A stretch of DNA of 64,000 nt from Lysobacterales bacterium (GCA_033582715.1 JAVQZZ010000001.1:486843-550842); one strand, 5' to 3'. Positions 36,066 to 46,782 are shown, numbered from the stretch's first letter. Program-made: numbers and translations. Notes: generated by a model not told the origin, from the letters alone.

Positions 36066-37559
36066 TCAGGCGGAGGCGCGCCGGATCAGCCAGCTCGTCA
36101 GCAGCGGCACCGGACGCCCGGTGGCCAGGCCCTTGCGGCCCTCCTCCCAGGCGGTGCCGGCGATGTCGAGGTGCGCCCAGCGCACGCCCTCGGCGAAGCG
36201 GGCAAGGAAGCAGCCGGCGGTGATCGCGCCGGCCCACTTGCCGCCGACGTTGGCGACGTCGGCGAATCCCGACTCGAGCTGCTTGTCGTAGTCCTTCCAC
36301 AGCGGCAGCCGCCAGGCGCGATCCAGGCTCTCCTCCCCGGCCGCGAGCAGCTCCGCGGCGAGCTCGTCGTCTCGGCTCATGAGACCGGAGGCGTGCTTGC
36401 CGAGGGCGACCGCGCAGGCTCCGGTGAGCGTCGCGACGTCCACCATCAGCTGCGGGCGGTGCCGTTTCGCGTAGAGCATGGCGTCGCACAGGATCAGGCG
36501 CCCCTCGGCATCGGTGTTGAGCACCTCGATGGTGGTGCCGTCCATCGCCGTGATCACGTCCGAGGGGCGGTAGGCGTTGCCGTCGGGCATGTTCTCGACC
36601 GCGGCCGCGATCGCCAGCAGGTTGAGCGGCAGCTCGAGCTCGCGGGCGGCGAGGAAGGTGCCCATCACCGCGGCGGCACCGCACATGTCGAACTTCATCT
36701 CCTCGAGGCCGGTGCCGGGCTTGAGGTTGATGCCCCCGGTGTCGAAGGTGATGCCCTTGCCGACCAGCGCGATCGGGGGCACGTCGGGCGCGGCGCCCTG
36801 CCAGGAGAGCGCGATCAGCCGCGGCTCGTTGGCGCTGCCGCGGGCGACGGCGAGCAGCGCGCCCATTCCCAGCGCCTCCATCGCCGGGCGATCGAGCAGC
36901 TCGCAGCGCGTGCGCGGATCGCCCGCGGCGAGCTCGCGCGCGCGCTCGGCGAGGTACGAGGGCGTGCACACGTTCGGCGGCAGGTTGCCGAGATCGCGGG
37001 TCAGGCGCACGCCGCGGGCGATGGCGACGGCCTCGGCCAGGACCCGCCGGTTCGCGGGCGACTCCGGCGCCAGGATCAGGACCTCGCGCGGGCCCTCGGG
37101 CTCCTCCTCCGCGCGCCTGCGGCGGGTGGCGGTGTAGGTGTAGGCCGCCTGGGCCGCGGACAGCGCGAGCTGGCGGATGGCGAAGGCGGAGTCGCGGCCC
37201 TTCACCTCGATGCCGGCGAGGGTGTTGGCCCAGGTCGCCGCCGGCAGGCCGCGAAGGGCCTTGTGGGCGGCATCGAGCGCCTGGCGATAGGCGCCGCCGT
37301 CGAACTCGGCGCGCTTGCCGAGGCCGACGACGAGCAGACGCTCGGCGGCGATGCCGGGAGGGTAATGGAAGAGGGCCGTGTGAGCGAGCCGGCCGCGGGC
37401 GTCCCCGCGCTCGAGGGCGCGGCTGAGCAGCCCCCCGGTCGCGGCGTCCAGGGCTGCAGCCGGCCCGCTCGGAGGCTCGTCCTGGAACGCTCCGGCCACC
37501 AGCGCCGCCGCGGCACAGGCGGCGGGTTCCTGCTCGCGCAGAGTGAATTGGGGCAACAT
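36066..37559 (-). CDS. pepA: Leucyl aminopeptidase (M17)
   Basis: Intact 497 aa: ...[17 protein letters not shown]...[14 protein letters not shown]-type motif ([16 protein letters not shown])...LDIAGTAW. Stop lies 10 nt from the valS start. Confidence 0.95.
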   Translation of the reverse strand: MLPQFTLREQEPAACAAAALVAGAFQDEPPSGPAAALDAATGGLLSRALERGDARGRLAHTALFHYPPGIAAERLLVVGLGKRAEFDGGAYRQALDAAHKALRGLPAATWANTLAGIEVKGRDSAFAIRQLALSAAQAAYTYTATRRRRAEEEPEGPREVLILAPESPANRRVLAEAVAIARGVRLTRDLGNLPPNVCTPSYLAERARELAAGDPRTRCELLDRPAMEALGMGALLAVARGSANEPRLIALSWQGAAPDVPPIALVGKGITFDTGGINLKPGTGLEEMKFDMCGAAAVMGTFLAARELELPLNLLAIAAAVENMPDGNAYRPSDVITAMDGTTIEVLNTDAEGRLILCDAMLYAKRHRPQLMVDVATLTGACAVALGKHASGLMSRDDELAAELLAAGEESLDRAWRLPLWKDYDKQLESGFADVANVGGKWAGAITAGCFLARFAEGVRWAHLDIAGTAWEEGRKGLATGRPVPLLTSWLIRRASA

Positions 37560-37702
37560 GGGGCGATGACTCCGGCGATGCGCCTCGGGCCGCGTCCGCC
37601 GACGCGGAAGCGCAGAAGTCTAAGCCATGCCGACGGTCGCGGCAGGGCGCGTGGGCGCGCGTCACCGCCGCCGGCGTCGCCGGTCCGCGGCCGCTGAGCG
37701 GG

Positions 37703-38786
37703 ATGCGCCTGCCGGTCCTCGACCGCTACCTCCTGCGCGAGCTCTCGCTCGCGCTGGCCGCGGTGACGCTGGTGCTGCTGCTGATCACCGTCGGGGGGTT
37801 GTTCACCGACACCCTCAGCAAGATCGCGCGCGGCAAGGTGGCGGGCACGCTGCTCGCCAGCCTCGTGACCCTCAGGACGGTCGAGTATCTGCCCCTGCTG
37901 CTGCCGCTCGCCGGGTTCCTCGCGGTGCTCGCGACCTTCGGCCGGCTGCATCGCGACAGCGAGATGGCGGTGCTCGCCGCCGCCGGCGCCGGTCCGCTGC
38001 GCCTGCTGCGTCCCCTGCTCGCCTTCGCCGGTCTGCTCGGCGCCGGTCTGGCCCTGCTCTCCTTCGTGCTGGCGCCGGCGGCCGCCCGCACCGCCAAGGG
38101 ACTGGTCGAGGAGGCGAACCGCTCGCTGCTGGTGGCGGGGCTGGACGCGGGCCGCTTCGTCGAGCTGGCGCAGCTGCCCGGGGTGATCTACGTCGCCGAG
38201 CTCGGCGCCGACGGCAGGGAGTTCCGGCGGCTGTTCGTCCACGCCGAGCGGGAGGGACGCATCGACCTGGTGACCGCGGAGCGGGGACGGCTGCGGGTGG
38301 AGGGGGGATGGAGGGTCCTCGAGCTCACCGACGGCCATCGCGTCGAGGGCGACCCCGGGCGGCTTTCCTTCCGCACCGCGCGCTTCGCCCGCAACGAGAT
38401 CGTCCTGCCCGAGCTCGAGGGCGAGCATCGCGACGAGCGCGGGTCGCGTCCGACCGGCGAGCTGTTGGGTTCGGAGGATCCGGCGGACCGCGCCGAGCTG
38501 AGCTGGCGCCTCGCCGCCCCGGTCGCGGCGGTGGTGCTGGCGGTGCTCGCGGTGCCGCTGGCCCGGGTGCCGCCACGCCACGCCCGCCACGGCAGGATCC
38601 TGCTCGGACTGCTGCTCTACCTGGTGTACGCCAACGGCCTGGCCATCGGTCGCCAGCTGATCGCGGCGGGAGCGCTGCCCCCCCACTGGGGCCTGTGGCC
38701 GCTCCACGGCAGCCCTGCTCGCGCTGGGCCTGTGGCTGCTGTGGCGGGGAGGCCGCCTGGGTCGCGGGGCCGGGCGATGCTCCTGA
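37703..38786 (+). CDS. lptF: LPS export ABC transporter permease LptF; 1 frame break near 38705
   Basis: MRLPVLDRYLLRELSLALAAVTLVLLLITVGGLF...FGRLHRDSEMAVLAAAGAGPLRLLRPLL... The last segment AALLALGLWLLWRGGRLGRGAGRCS ends at TGA 38784-38786. Divergent from pepA, as in many Gammaproteobacteria. Confidence 0.85.
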
Positions 38787-39868
38787 TCCGTCTCCTCGAC
38801 CGGCTGATCGCGGGGCAGGTGCTCGGCGCGCTGCTCCTCGCCTGGGCGGTGCTGGTGGGCCTCGATCCTGGTGCTCTACACCACCGGCCAGCTCCTCCGC
38901 CTCGAGCGCAGCGGGCTCGGTCTCGGCGAACTGGCGGCGCACGTCGCCTGGACCCTGCCGCGCCGGGGTTACGAGCTGTTCCCGAGCGCCGCCCTGCTCG
39001 GCTGCGTGCTCGGCCTGGGCCAGCTCGCCAGCCGTTCGGAGCTGGTGGCGATGCGGGCGGCGGGACTCTCGAAGCTGCGCATCGCGGCCGGTGCGCTGGG
39101 CGCGGTCCTCGCGCTGCTGGCGGTGGTGGTGGTGCTGGGCGAGACCGTGGCCGCGAGCGCCGAGCGCCGCGCCCAGGCGGTGCCTGCTGCGGGCGCAGCG
39201 GCGGCGGCCTCGAGCTCCTCGGCGGGGGCCTCTGGGCGCGCGAGGGCCGTGATTTCCTGCACGCGCGCGCGGCGCTGCTCGAGGGCGAGAACGCGGTGCG
39301 GCTGCGCGCGGTGCGGCTTTTCCGCCTCGACGAGCGGGGGCGGCTTCGAGGAGCTGTGGCTCGCCGACTCGGTCGCTCTACCGCGATGGCGGACTGGACC
39401 TGGTTCGAGCTGCGCCGGCTGCGCTTCGGAGGACGGCCGGCTGGTGGAGGAGCGTCTCGCGCGCGCGAGCTGGGACGAGCGAGCTCGATCCCGGACTGCT
39501 CCGGCTGGGGGCGATCCGGCCCCGCTACATGCCGGTCGCGGAGCTCGCCGCGCAGATCGGCTACTTCGAGCGCAACGAGCTCGATGCCGGCGAATACCTG
39601 GTGGCCTTCTGGGGGACGGGTGCTGTATCCGCTGAACGTGCTCGCGATGTGCCTGTGCGCTCTGCCCTTCGCCTTCACCTCGCCCCGCGGGGCCGGGTTC
39701 GGGCGCAACCTCTTCTTCGGCGTCGTGCTCGGCATCGGCTTCTGGCTGCTGCAGCGCGCGCTGGCGAATCTCGCCCAGGTGTACGGCCTCGAGCTGGCCG
39801 TGGCGAGCGCGCTGCCGGGCCTCGCCTTCGCCGCCGCCGGCATCCTCTGGCTCGGCCGCGCGCGCTAG
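38777..39868 (+). CDS. lptG: LPS export ABC transporter permease LptG; at least 5 frame breaks
   Basis: MLLIRLLDRLIAGQVLGALLLAWAVLVGLD | LVLYTTGQLLRLERSGLGLGELAAHVAWTLPRRGYELFPSAALLGCVLGLGQLASRSELVAMRAAGLSKLRI... | ...RVLYPLNVLAMCLCALPFAFTSPRGAGFGRNLFFGVVLGIGFWLLQRALANLAQVYGL. Start overlaps the lptF end by 10 nt. Confidence 0.85.
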   Translation: MLLIRLLDRLIAGQVLGALLLAWAVLVGLDPGALHHRPAPPPRAQRARSRRTGGARRLDPAAPGLRAVPERRPARLRARPGPARQPFGAGGDAGGGTLEAAHRGRCAGRGPRAAGGGGGAGRDRGRERRAPRPGGACCGRSGGGLELLGGGLWAREGRDFLHARAALLEGENAVRLRAVRLFRLDERGRLRGAVARRLGRSTAMADWTWFELRRLRFGGRPAGGGASRARELGRASSIPDCSGWGRSGPATCRSRSSPRRSATSSATSSMPANTWWPSGGRVLYPLNVLAMCLCALPFAFTSPRGAGFGRNLFFGVVLGIGFWLLQRALANLAQVYGLELAVASALPGLAFAAAGILWLGRAR

Positions 39869-40304
39869 CGGGACGCGGGCAGCAGCACCACGCGGCTCGC
39901 GGCACAGGCGATCGGCGAGCGTCTGCCGTTCCCGGTCGAACAGCGCCCACCACAGGCCGAGGCCGAGGAGCAGCAGCTGGAGCATGCCGAGCGCCGCCCG
40001 GCGCGTAGGCGCGAGCCCCGGGCAGGGCGCGGCCCGAGCGGTCCTCGATGCGGATCCGCCAGGCGCGCATCCCGAGGGTTTGGCCGCCGCGCGCGAAGGA
40101 GGCGCCGAGATAGAGGACCGGTGACCGCGAGCAGCGGCCGCGGAGCAGCAGCGGGCCCCGTGCGCGGGGCGATGGCCTCGCCGCGGTTGAGGAGCACCGC
40201 GAGCGCGCCGACCGCGAACCACGAGCGCGAGCGAGCGGCAGCAGGTCGTAGATGCCGGCGGCGAGACGGCGCCACCAGGGAGCCGGCGTGGCCTTCGCGG
40301 TCAT
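39865..40304 (-). CDS. RDD-family membrane protein; about 3 frame breaks
   Basis: MTAKATPAPWWRRLAAGIYDLLPL... | ...YLGASFARGGQTLGMRAWRIRIEDRSGRALPG | ...LQLLLLGLGLWWALFDRERQTLADRL | ...RVVLLPASR matches the RDD-family pattern. Its 3' end overlaps the lptG stop by 4 nt (convergent). Confidence 0.65.
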
Positions 40305-40537
40305 CGGGGTCGGCAGCTACGCCAAGCGTCGCAGGGATCATGCGGCAGCGGCGAGCCGGAGCGCGATCCCCGACAGCTTCAGTTTTCGCGGGGCAGGCGC
40401 TATCCTGAGTCGGCCCCGCCACCGCCGCCTCGGAAGCGGCGGGGCCGAGCCGGGGCATTTGGGGAGGGTCGCCGGTCCCTCGCGAGCGCGGGCGTGATTG
40501 GCTATCTTCGTTCGTCCATCGGCAAGCGGAAGGGCTC

Positions 40538-41311
40538 ATGTTCTCGTCCACCGTCTCCTTCATCCGGGCTCTGGCTGCGGCGCTGGCGATTCTGCCGTGG
40601 GGCAGCCTCTGCGCCCAGTCGGCCTTGTTCAGCAGCGCCGCACAGGCGCAGACGCAGATCAATCGCGAGGCGCAGCAGTCGCAGACGGCGATCAACCGCC
40701 TGAGCGACGAGACCGACGAGCTCCTCGCCGAGTACCGCCGCGTGATCGCCGAGACCGAGACGCTGCGGGCCTACAACGCCCAGGTCGAGCGCCTGGTCGT
40801 GTCGCAGCGCGAGGAGCGCCAGGTGATGGAGCGCAACCTGGTCGAGCTCGAGAACACGAACCGCGGCATCGTGCCGCTGATCATCGAGATGGTGGACATG
40901 CTCGAGCAGATCGTGAGGGCGGACGTGCCCTTCCGGCAGCAGGAGCGCCTCGAGCGCGTGAACCGGCTGCGGGCGATCCTCGACCGCTCCGACGTGACCA
41001 CCTCGGAGAAGTACCGTCAGGTGATGGAGGCCTACCAGATCGAGATGGAGTATGGCCGCACGGTCGAGGCCTACGAGGCGGTGCTGCCGGACAGCGACCG
41101 CACCGTCGACTTCCTGCGCGTGGGCCGCACGCTGCTCATCTGGCAGAGCCTCGACGGCCGCGACCAGGGCTGGTTCAACCCGGCGACGCGCCAGTGGGAG
41201 CGGCTCGATCCGGCCTACCGCAGCGCGATCCGCGACGCCCTGCGGATCGCGCGCAACCAGGCGGCGCCCGACCTGGTCATCCTTCCCGTTTCCGCTCCGG
41301 TGAAGCCGTGA
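40538..41311 (+). CDS. DUF3450 family periplasmic protein (TtpB-like component of TonB2-type systems)
   Basis: Signal peptide, a coiled-coil N-half, then ...NRGIVPLIIEMVDMLEQIVRADVPFRQQERLERVNRLRAILDRSDVTTSEKYRQVMEAYQIEMEYGRTVEAY. Intact 257 aa. First gene of a same-strand, tightly packed six-gene block. Confidence 0.75.
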   Translation: MFSSTVSFIRALAAALAILPWGSLCAQSALFSSAAQAQTQINREAQQSQTAINRLSDETDELLAEYRRVIAETETLRAYNAQVERLVVSQREERQVMERNLVELENTNRGIVPLIIEMVDMLEQIVRADVPFRQQERLERVNRLRAILDRSDVTTSEKYRQVMEAYQIEMEYGRTVEAYEAVLPDSDRTVDFLRVGRTLLIWQSLDGRDQGWFNPATRQWERLDPAYRSAIRDALRIARNQAAPDLVILPVSAPVKP

Positions 41312-42674
41312 TGTCGCGTCGACTCCTTCTTCTCCTCTCCGTTCGCGCTCGCCCTGTCCGCCGCGCCGCTCGCGGCCCAGCAGGTCGCGCTCGCTCGACG
41401 AGCTGCTGCGCCAGACCGAGCGCGCGATCCAGGCCGAGCGCCAGATCAACGAGCAGCGCGAGCGCGAGTTCCGCGAGCAGCGGAACCGCCAGCGGGAGCT
41501 TCTCGACCGCGCCCGCGCCGAGCTGCGCGCCGAGCAGGAGCGCAGCGCGCGCCTGCAGCAGGAGTTCGACGCCAACGAGCGGGCGCTGCAGGAGCTCGAG
41601 ACGCAGCTCGCCGAGCGCCAGGGGAATCTCGGCGAGATGTTCGGCGTGGTCCGGCAGGTGGCGGCCGACGTCAAGAGCCAGTTCGAGAACTCGATGATCT
41701 CGGCTCAGATCCCGGGGCGGATGCGCTTCCTCGGGACGATCGCCCAGCGCAAGGAGCTGCCGACGCTCACCGAGCTCAGGCGGCTCTGGTTCGAGATGCA
41801 GCGCGAGATCACCGAGTCGGGCAAGTCGGTGACCTTCACGGCGGATCTCCGCAACGCCAACGGCGAGCTGATGCGCCAGCAGACCGTGAGTCGCCTCGGG
41901 ATGTTCAACGCCGTGGCCAACGGGAAGTTCCTGGTCTGGAAGCCGGAGGAGGGCATCCTCGCCGAGCTGCGCAAGCAGCCCTCGCCCCGCTTCACGGCCA
42001 CGATCCCGGGCTTCGAGCGCGCCGCGCCCGGCTCGCAGGTGCCCCTCGCCGTGGACATGTCGCGCGGTGCGATCCTCGAGGTGGTCATCGACACCCCCGA
42101 CCTCAGCGAGCGTCTCGAGCAGGGCGGGGTGGTCGGCTACGTCACCCTCGCCCTCGGCGTGCTCGGGTTGCTGATCGCGCTGATCCAGGGACTCCGGCTC
42201 TACTTCGAGGGCGGCAAGATCAAGCGGCAGCTCGCCTCGGAGGAGCCGGACACCGGCAACGCCCTCGGCCGGGTGATGGCGGTCTACACCGAGAACCCGG
42301 CGATCGACGTCGAGACCCTCGAGCTCAAGATGGACGAGGTGATCCTGCGCGAGACCGGGCGCTTCGAGTGGGGGCTGCAGCTGATCAAGGTGCTGTACGT
42401 GGTCGCGCCGCTGCTCGGGCTGCTCGGTACGGTGGTCGGCATGATCCAGACCTTCCAGCAGATCACGCTCTTCGGCACCGGCGACCCGAAGATGATGGCG
42501 GGCGGCATCTCGATGGCGCTGGTCACCACCGTGATCGGCCTCACCGTCGCCATCCCGCTCACCATCCTCCACTCGGCGCTGGCGGCCAAGTCGAGGGCGC
42601 TGGTGCGCACCCTCGAGGAGCAGAGCGCGGGGCTGGTGGCGCTGGTCGCGGAACGTCGCCATGGTGCTCGTTAG
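41311..42674 (+). CDS. Long MotA/TolQ/ExbB-family proton channel with N-terminal periplasmic coiled coil (TtpC-like); 2 frame breaks in the first ~100 nt
   Basis: TGATG overlap with the upstream gene. MSRRLLLLLS | FALALSAAPLAAQQ | SLDELLRQTERAIQAERQINEQREREFREQ..., then the C-terminal channel ...LIKVLYVVAPLLGLLGTVVGMIQTFQQI...GGISMALVTTVIGLTVAIPL. Confidence 0.8.
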
Positions 42675-43186
42675 CGAGTTCCTCGACACCATCCGCGAGT
42701 TCATCGAGCTCGGCGGTCCGGTGCTCTACGCGGTGATGGCGGTCCTGTTCCTGATGTGGACCTTCATCATCGAGCGCCTGTGGTACTTCCATGTCGTGTA
42801 TCCGCGGGAGCGCGACCGGGTGCTCGGCGCGTGGCGCGAGCGTGACGATCGGGAGTCGCTGGTACGCGCGGCGGATCCGCGAGCTGTGGATCTCGCAGAC
42901 CGCGGTGGAGCTCAGCCGTGGCCTGTCCTTCATCCGCACCTGCGTGGCGGTCTGCCCGCTGCTCGGGCTGCTCGGCACGGTCACCGGCATGATCCTGGTG
43001 TTCGACGTGATGGCGATCGTCGGCACCGGGAACGCCCGCGCGATGGCGGACGGCGTCTCGCAGGCGACGATCCCGACCATGTCCGGGATGGTGGCGGCGC
43101 TGTCGGGGATCTACTTCGCGGACCGGCTCGAGCGGCTCTACCGCGAGGAGACCGAGTTCCTCGAGGACGAGATGCAGCACGCCTGA
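42661..43186 (+). CDS. exbB: ExbB/TolQ-family proton channel (short form); 1 frame break near 42850
   Basis: MVLVSEFLDTIREFIELGGPVLYAVMAVLFLMWTFIIERLWYF... | ...RRIRELWISQTAVELSRGLSFIRTCVAVCPLLGLLGTVTGMILVFDVMA...GVSQATIPTMSGMVAALSGIYF. Confidence 0.85.
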
Positions 43187-43268
43187 GGTGCACGCCGGGA
43201 ATCTTTCAGCTTCTTAGATGTCCAACGCGCCGTAAGCGGGCCCGTCGGGGAACTCGCCGGCGTTCGAG

Positions 43269-43682
43269 GTGCAAGCGATGGCCAGACGTCACAGCCAAGC
43301 CGATGAAGCCGAGATCAACCTCACGCCGATGCTCGACGTGGTGTTCATCATGCTGATCTTCTTCATCGTCACCACGTCCTTCGTGAAGGAGGCGGGCATC
43401 GACGTCAGCCGGCCGCAGGCCGCCACGGCCGAGCAGAAGCCCAAGGCGAACATCATGATCGCGATCACCGAGAGCGGCCAGATCTACATGCAGAAGCGGG
43501 AGATCGACCTCAGGGCGGTGCGCGCCAACGTCGAGCGGGCGCGGGCGGAGAATCCCGAGGGGAGCGTGGTGATCATCGCCGACAAGGGCTCCAAGACCGG
43601 GATCCTGGTCGAGGTCATGGACCAGGTGAAGCTCGCGGGGGTGGACGAGATCTCGGTGGCGGCGCAGAAGCCGCCGCAGTGA
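43269..43682 (+). CDS. exbD: ExbD/TolR-family biopolymer transport protein
   Basis: Intact: ...EINLTPMLDVVFIMLIFFIVTTSF...VVIIADKGSKTGILVEVMDQVKLAGV. The start may be the ATG at 43278. Confidence 0.9.
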   Translation: MQAMARRHSQADEAEINLTPMLDVVFIMLIFFIVTTSFVKEAGIDVSRPQAATAEQKPKANIMIAITESGQIYMQKREIDLRAVRANVERARAENPEGSVVIIADKGSKTGILVEVMDQVKLAGVDEISVAAQKPPQ

Positions 43683-43701
43683 GCCGCCGGGAGCCGCTGC
43701 G

Positions 43702-44341
43702 ATGAGCTACGCCCTGCGTCTCTCGGTCTCGATGGTCCTGGCCGTGGTCGTCACCCTCGGCCTGTTCTGGTTCATGCACTATCTGGTGGCCGGGCAGGGA
43801 CGCGACGTCGATCGCGGCGGACCCGCGGCCTCGATCCGCTTCGGCCCGGTGAAGATCGACGAGACGCTCCAGGAGCGCACGCGGCGCGTGCCGCCCAAGC
43901 CGCCGCCGCCGAAGCAGCCGCCGCCCCCGCCCAAGCTGCAGATCCAGCGCCAGGAGACGGTGGAGTCGCCGCTGCCGAAGCTCGACATGCCGAACCTCGA
44001 CCTGCGCTTCACCGGTGGCGGCGGCCCGTTCCTCGGCAGCTTCGCCACCGCCGACATGGGCGCCGAGGGCGACATCATCCCGCTGGTGCGGATCGAGCCG
44101 CAGTACCCGCGGCAGGCGGCGCTGGCGCGGATCGAGGGCTGGGTCGAGGTCGAGTTCACGATCACCGAGACCGGGTCGGTGATCGACCCGGTGGTGGTGC
44201 GGGCGCGTCCGCCGCGCGTCTTCGATCGCGAGGCGATCCGGGCGATCCAGCGCTGGAAGTTCAAGCCGCGGGTGGTCAACGGGCAGGCGGTCGCCGCGCC
44301 GCGCCACCCAGGTGATCGAGTTCAAGCTCGCCGACGAGTGA
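43702..44341 (+). CDS. tonB: TonB-family energy transducer; 1 frame break near 44299
   Basis: N-terminal TM (LSVSMVLAVVVTLGLFWFMHYL), Pro-rich spacer (VPPKPPPPKQPPPPPK), and C-terminal domain (PLVRIEPQYPRQAALARIEGWVEVEFTITETGSVIDPVVV...AIRAIQRWKFKPRVVNG). Removing one C at ~44299 gives ...QAVAARATQVIEFKLADE then stop (TGA 44339-44341). Confidence 0.85.
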
Positions 44342-44349
44342 GGCAACGC

Positions 44350-45669
44350 ATGGCCGTGCTTCGCATCCGCGCTCTCCTGCTCGCCGCCTTCGCCGTCCTC
44401 GGCGCGGCGGCCGCGCCCGGCGACGTGGCCTCGGCGCAGGAGATCCGGCAGACCCCGGCGAAGAAGCGCGAGGTGCGCGCCGGCCTGCTGAGCGAGCGCG
44501 TCCACCGCGACCTCACCCGGGCCTACGACGCCATCGGCGCGGAGCGCTGGCAGGACGCGATGAGCGCGGTCAACGCCGTGCTGGCCCGCGGCAACCTGAA
44601 CGACTACGAGCGCGCGGTGGCGATCCAGCTGCGCGGCCACGTCCACGTGGCCCAGGGCCGCTACGCCGAGGGCCTGCGTGACTTCGAGGAGGTGATCCGC
44701 CTCGACCAGCTGCCGAATCCGCAGCACTTCCAGCTCATGTACCAGACCGCGCAGCTCTACATCATGCAGGAGCAGTTCGAGCGCGGCCTCAGGCGGCTCG
44801 ACGAATGGCTGCAGTACACCGACGTGATCCCGGCCGGCGCCTTCGAGATGCAGGCGGTGGCCTACGCCCAGCTCGGCCGGCACCGCGAGGCGATCAACGC
44901 GATCGATCGCGCGATCGCGATGACTCCGAAGCCGAAGGACACCTGGTACCAGCTCAAGGTCGCGATGCACTTCGAGCTCAAGGAGTACGCCCAGGCCGCG
45001 CGCGTGCTCGAGCTCCTGATCGAGCGCGATCCGACCCGGAAGAGCTACTGGATCCAGCTCTCGTCGAGCTATCTCGCCCAGGAGGGCAGCGAGCAGCAGA
45101 AGAAGCAGAACGAGATGCGGGCCCTGGCGGTGATGGCGCTCGCCCACCGCATGGGCCTGCTCGACCGCGAGAGCGAATGGATCCAGCTCTACCAGCTCTA
45201 CGCCGCGAACGACATCCCCTACAAGGCGGCCCAGGTGCTCAAGGAGGGCCTCGAGAAGCGGGTGATCGAGCCCAGCCGCCGTCGCTGGGAGGATCTCGCC
45301 AACAGCTGGGCGGCGGCGCGGGAGCTGGACCGGGCGCTGGAGGCCTACGGTCGCGCGGCGGCGCTCGCGAGCGACGGCAAGATCGACCTCCAGCGCGGCT
45401 ACATCCTGGTCGATCTCGAGCGGTGGGCGGAGGCCGAGGAGGCGCTCGCGGCGGCGGTGCGCAAGGGCGGGATCGACCGTCCCTGCAACGCCTACCTGCT
45501 GCTCGGGATGGCGCAGTACGAGCAGGGCAAGCTGCCGCTGGCGCAGCGCAGCTTCACCCAGGCGGCCGCCGACGAGCGCTGCCGCAGCGGCGCCGCGCAG
45601 TGGCTGCGCCATCTGGAGGAGGGCCCGGCGCCGCGAGCGCCGGTCGCCCAGGCCGGTCAGGGCCGCTGA
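44350..45669 (+). CDS. TPR-repeat periplasmic protein (TtpD-like last gene of TonB2-type clusters)
   Basis: MAVLRIRALLLAAFAVLGAAAAPGDVASAQ (signal), then ~400 aa of TPR-like helices (...YERAVAIQLRGHVHVAQGRYAEGLRDFEEVIRL..., ...AYLLLGMAQYEQGKLPLAQRSFTQAA...). Appears fused to tonB in the track only because of the tonB frame break. Confidence 0.7.
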   Translation: MAVLRIRALLLAAFAVLGAAAAPGDVASAQEIRQTPAKKREVRAGLLSERVHRDLTRAYDAIGAERWQDAMSAVNAVLARGNLNDYERAVAIQLRGHVHVAQGRYAEGLRDFEEVIRLDQLPNPQHFQLMYQTAQLYIMQEQFERGLRRLDEWLQYTDVIPAGAFEMQAVAYAQLGRHREAINAIDRAIAMTPKPKDTWYQLKVAMHFELKEYAQAARVLELLIERDPTRKSYWIQLSSSYLAQEGSEQQKKQNEMRALAVMALAHRMGLLDRESEWIQLYQLYAANDIPYKAAQVLKEGLEKRVIEPSRRRWEDLANSWAAARELDRALEAYGRAAALASDGKIDLQRGYILVDLERWAEAEEALAAAVRKGGIDRPCNAYLLLGMAQYEQGKLPLAQRSFTQAAADERCRSGAAQWLRHLEEGPAPRAPVAQAGQGR

Positions 45670-45692
45670 GCGCCCGGGGCCGGAGGCTCGCG

Positions 45693-46627
45693 ATGGGCGG
45701 TCCGAGCCGCGTGCCGCGGCGGTCGCCCGCGATCGGAGACTCCGAGCGGGCGCTGATCGAGGCTTTCCTCGAGCGCCTCTGGGCCGAGGAGGGCCTGGCG
45801 CCGCATACGCTTGCCGCGTACCGGCGCGACCTCGTGCAGAGCGCCGCGCGGCTGGCCCGGCGTCGGCGGCCTGCTGGCGGCCGGAAGGGCCGAGCTCTAC
45901 GGGCTGCTCGCGGAGCGCACCCGGGAGGGCTACGCCGCGCGCAGCAACGCCCGCCTGCTGGCCGCGCTCCGGCGCTTCTACGGCTTCCAGCTGCGCGAGG
46001 GCCGGATCGCGGCGGATCCCACGCTCGATCTCGAGCCGCCGCGGCGCGGGCCAGCCGTGCCGCAGGCCCTGCCCGAGAGCGAGGTCGAGCGGCTGCTGGC
46101 GGCGCCCCCGACCGACACCCCCGCGGGGCTTCGCGACAAGGCGATGCTCGAGCTCATGTACGCCTGCGGGCTGCGGGTGGGCGAGCTGGTCGAGCTGCGC
46201 CTGGGTGCGGTGAATCTCCGCCAGGGGCGTGCTCCGGGTGCTCGGCAAGGGCGCGCGGGAGCGGCTGGTGCCGGTCGGCGAGGAGGCGCTGCTGTGGCTG
46301 CGACGCTACCTCGACGAGGGCCGTCCGCGGCTGCGGGCGGCGGCCGGAAGCGACCGCCTGTTCCCGGGCGAGCGGCGGGCGGCGCTCGGGCGCCAGACCT
46401 TCTGGTCGCTGGTGCGGCGCTATGCCCGCGAGGCCGGGATCGCGCGCCCGATCTCGCCGCACATGCTGCGGCACAGCTTCGCCACCCACCTCCTCAATCA
46501 CGGCGCGGACCTGAGAGCGGTGCAGATGATGCTGGGGCACGCGAGCCTGTCCACCACCCAGATCTACCTGCTGGTCGCCAGGGAGGGTCTGAAGCGCCTG
46601 CACGAGCGCCATCACCCGCGCGGCTGA
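45693..46627 (+). CDS. xerD: Tyrosine recombinase XerD (chromosome dimer resolution); 2 frame breaks
   Basis: ...[30 protein letters not shown] | ...[37 protein letters not shown]...[22 protein letters not shown] | [17 protein letters not shown]...[39 protein letters not shown]. The xerD-dsbC neighbourhood matches E. coli. Confidence 0.9.
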
Positions 46628-46782
46628 GCGCGCCACGGCGCATGCCCCCGTCGGTGCGGTTGCCGGCGCCGCGCGGCGCGTGGGACAATCCTCCGGCCCC
46701 GCCGCGGCGGGGGAACTCGCGAGGCCGGCCCGTGGTCGCTCCTCCGCCCGCCTCATCCTCCGACCGAGAGAATCCGTCCATC

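Noticed and set aside
40305-40537. Fur box or iron-responsive operator upstream of the TonB2-type cluster.
   Set aside because: The best candidate (TGATTGGCTATCTTCGTT, ~40496-40513) matches the GATAATGATAATCATTATC consensus poorly, so I cannot support a call by eye.
43702-45669. 655-aa TonB-TPR fusion protein suggested by the ORF track.
   Set aside because: One extra C at ~44299 abolishes the natural tonB stop (…VIEFKLADE-TGA at 44339-44341). The TPR gene has its own ATG (44350) and signal peptide.
45693-46627. Tyrosine recombinase as a marker of an integrated mobile element or genomic island.
   Set aside because: The sequence is XerD-like throughout (RHSFATHLL…[12 protein letters not shown]) and sits in the conserved xerD-dsbC context. 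No att-like repeats, phage genes or transposase genes are nearby.
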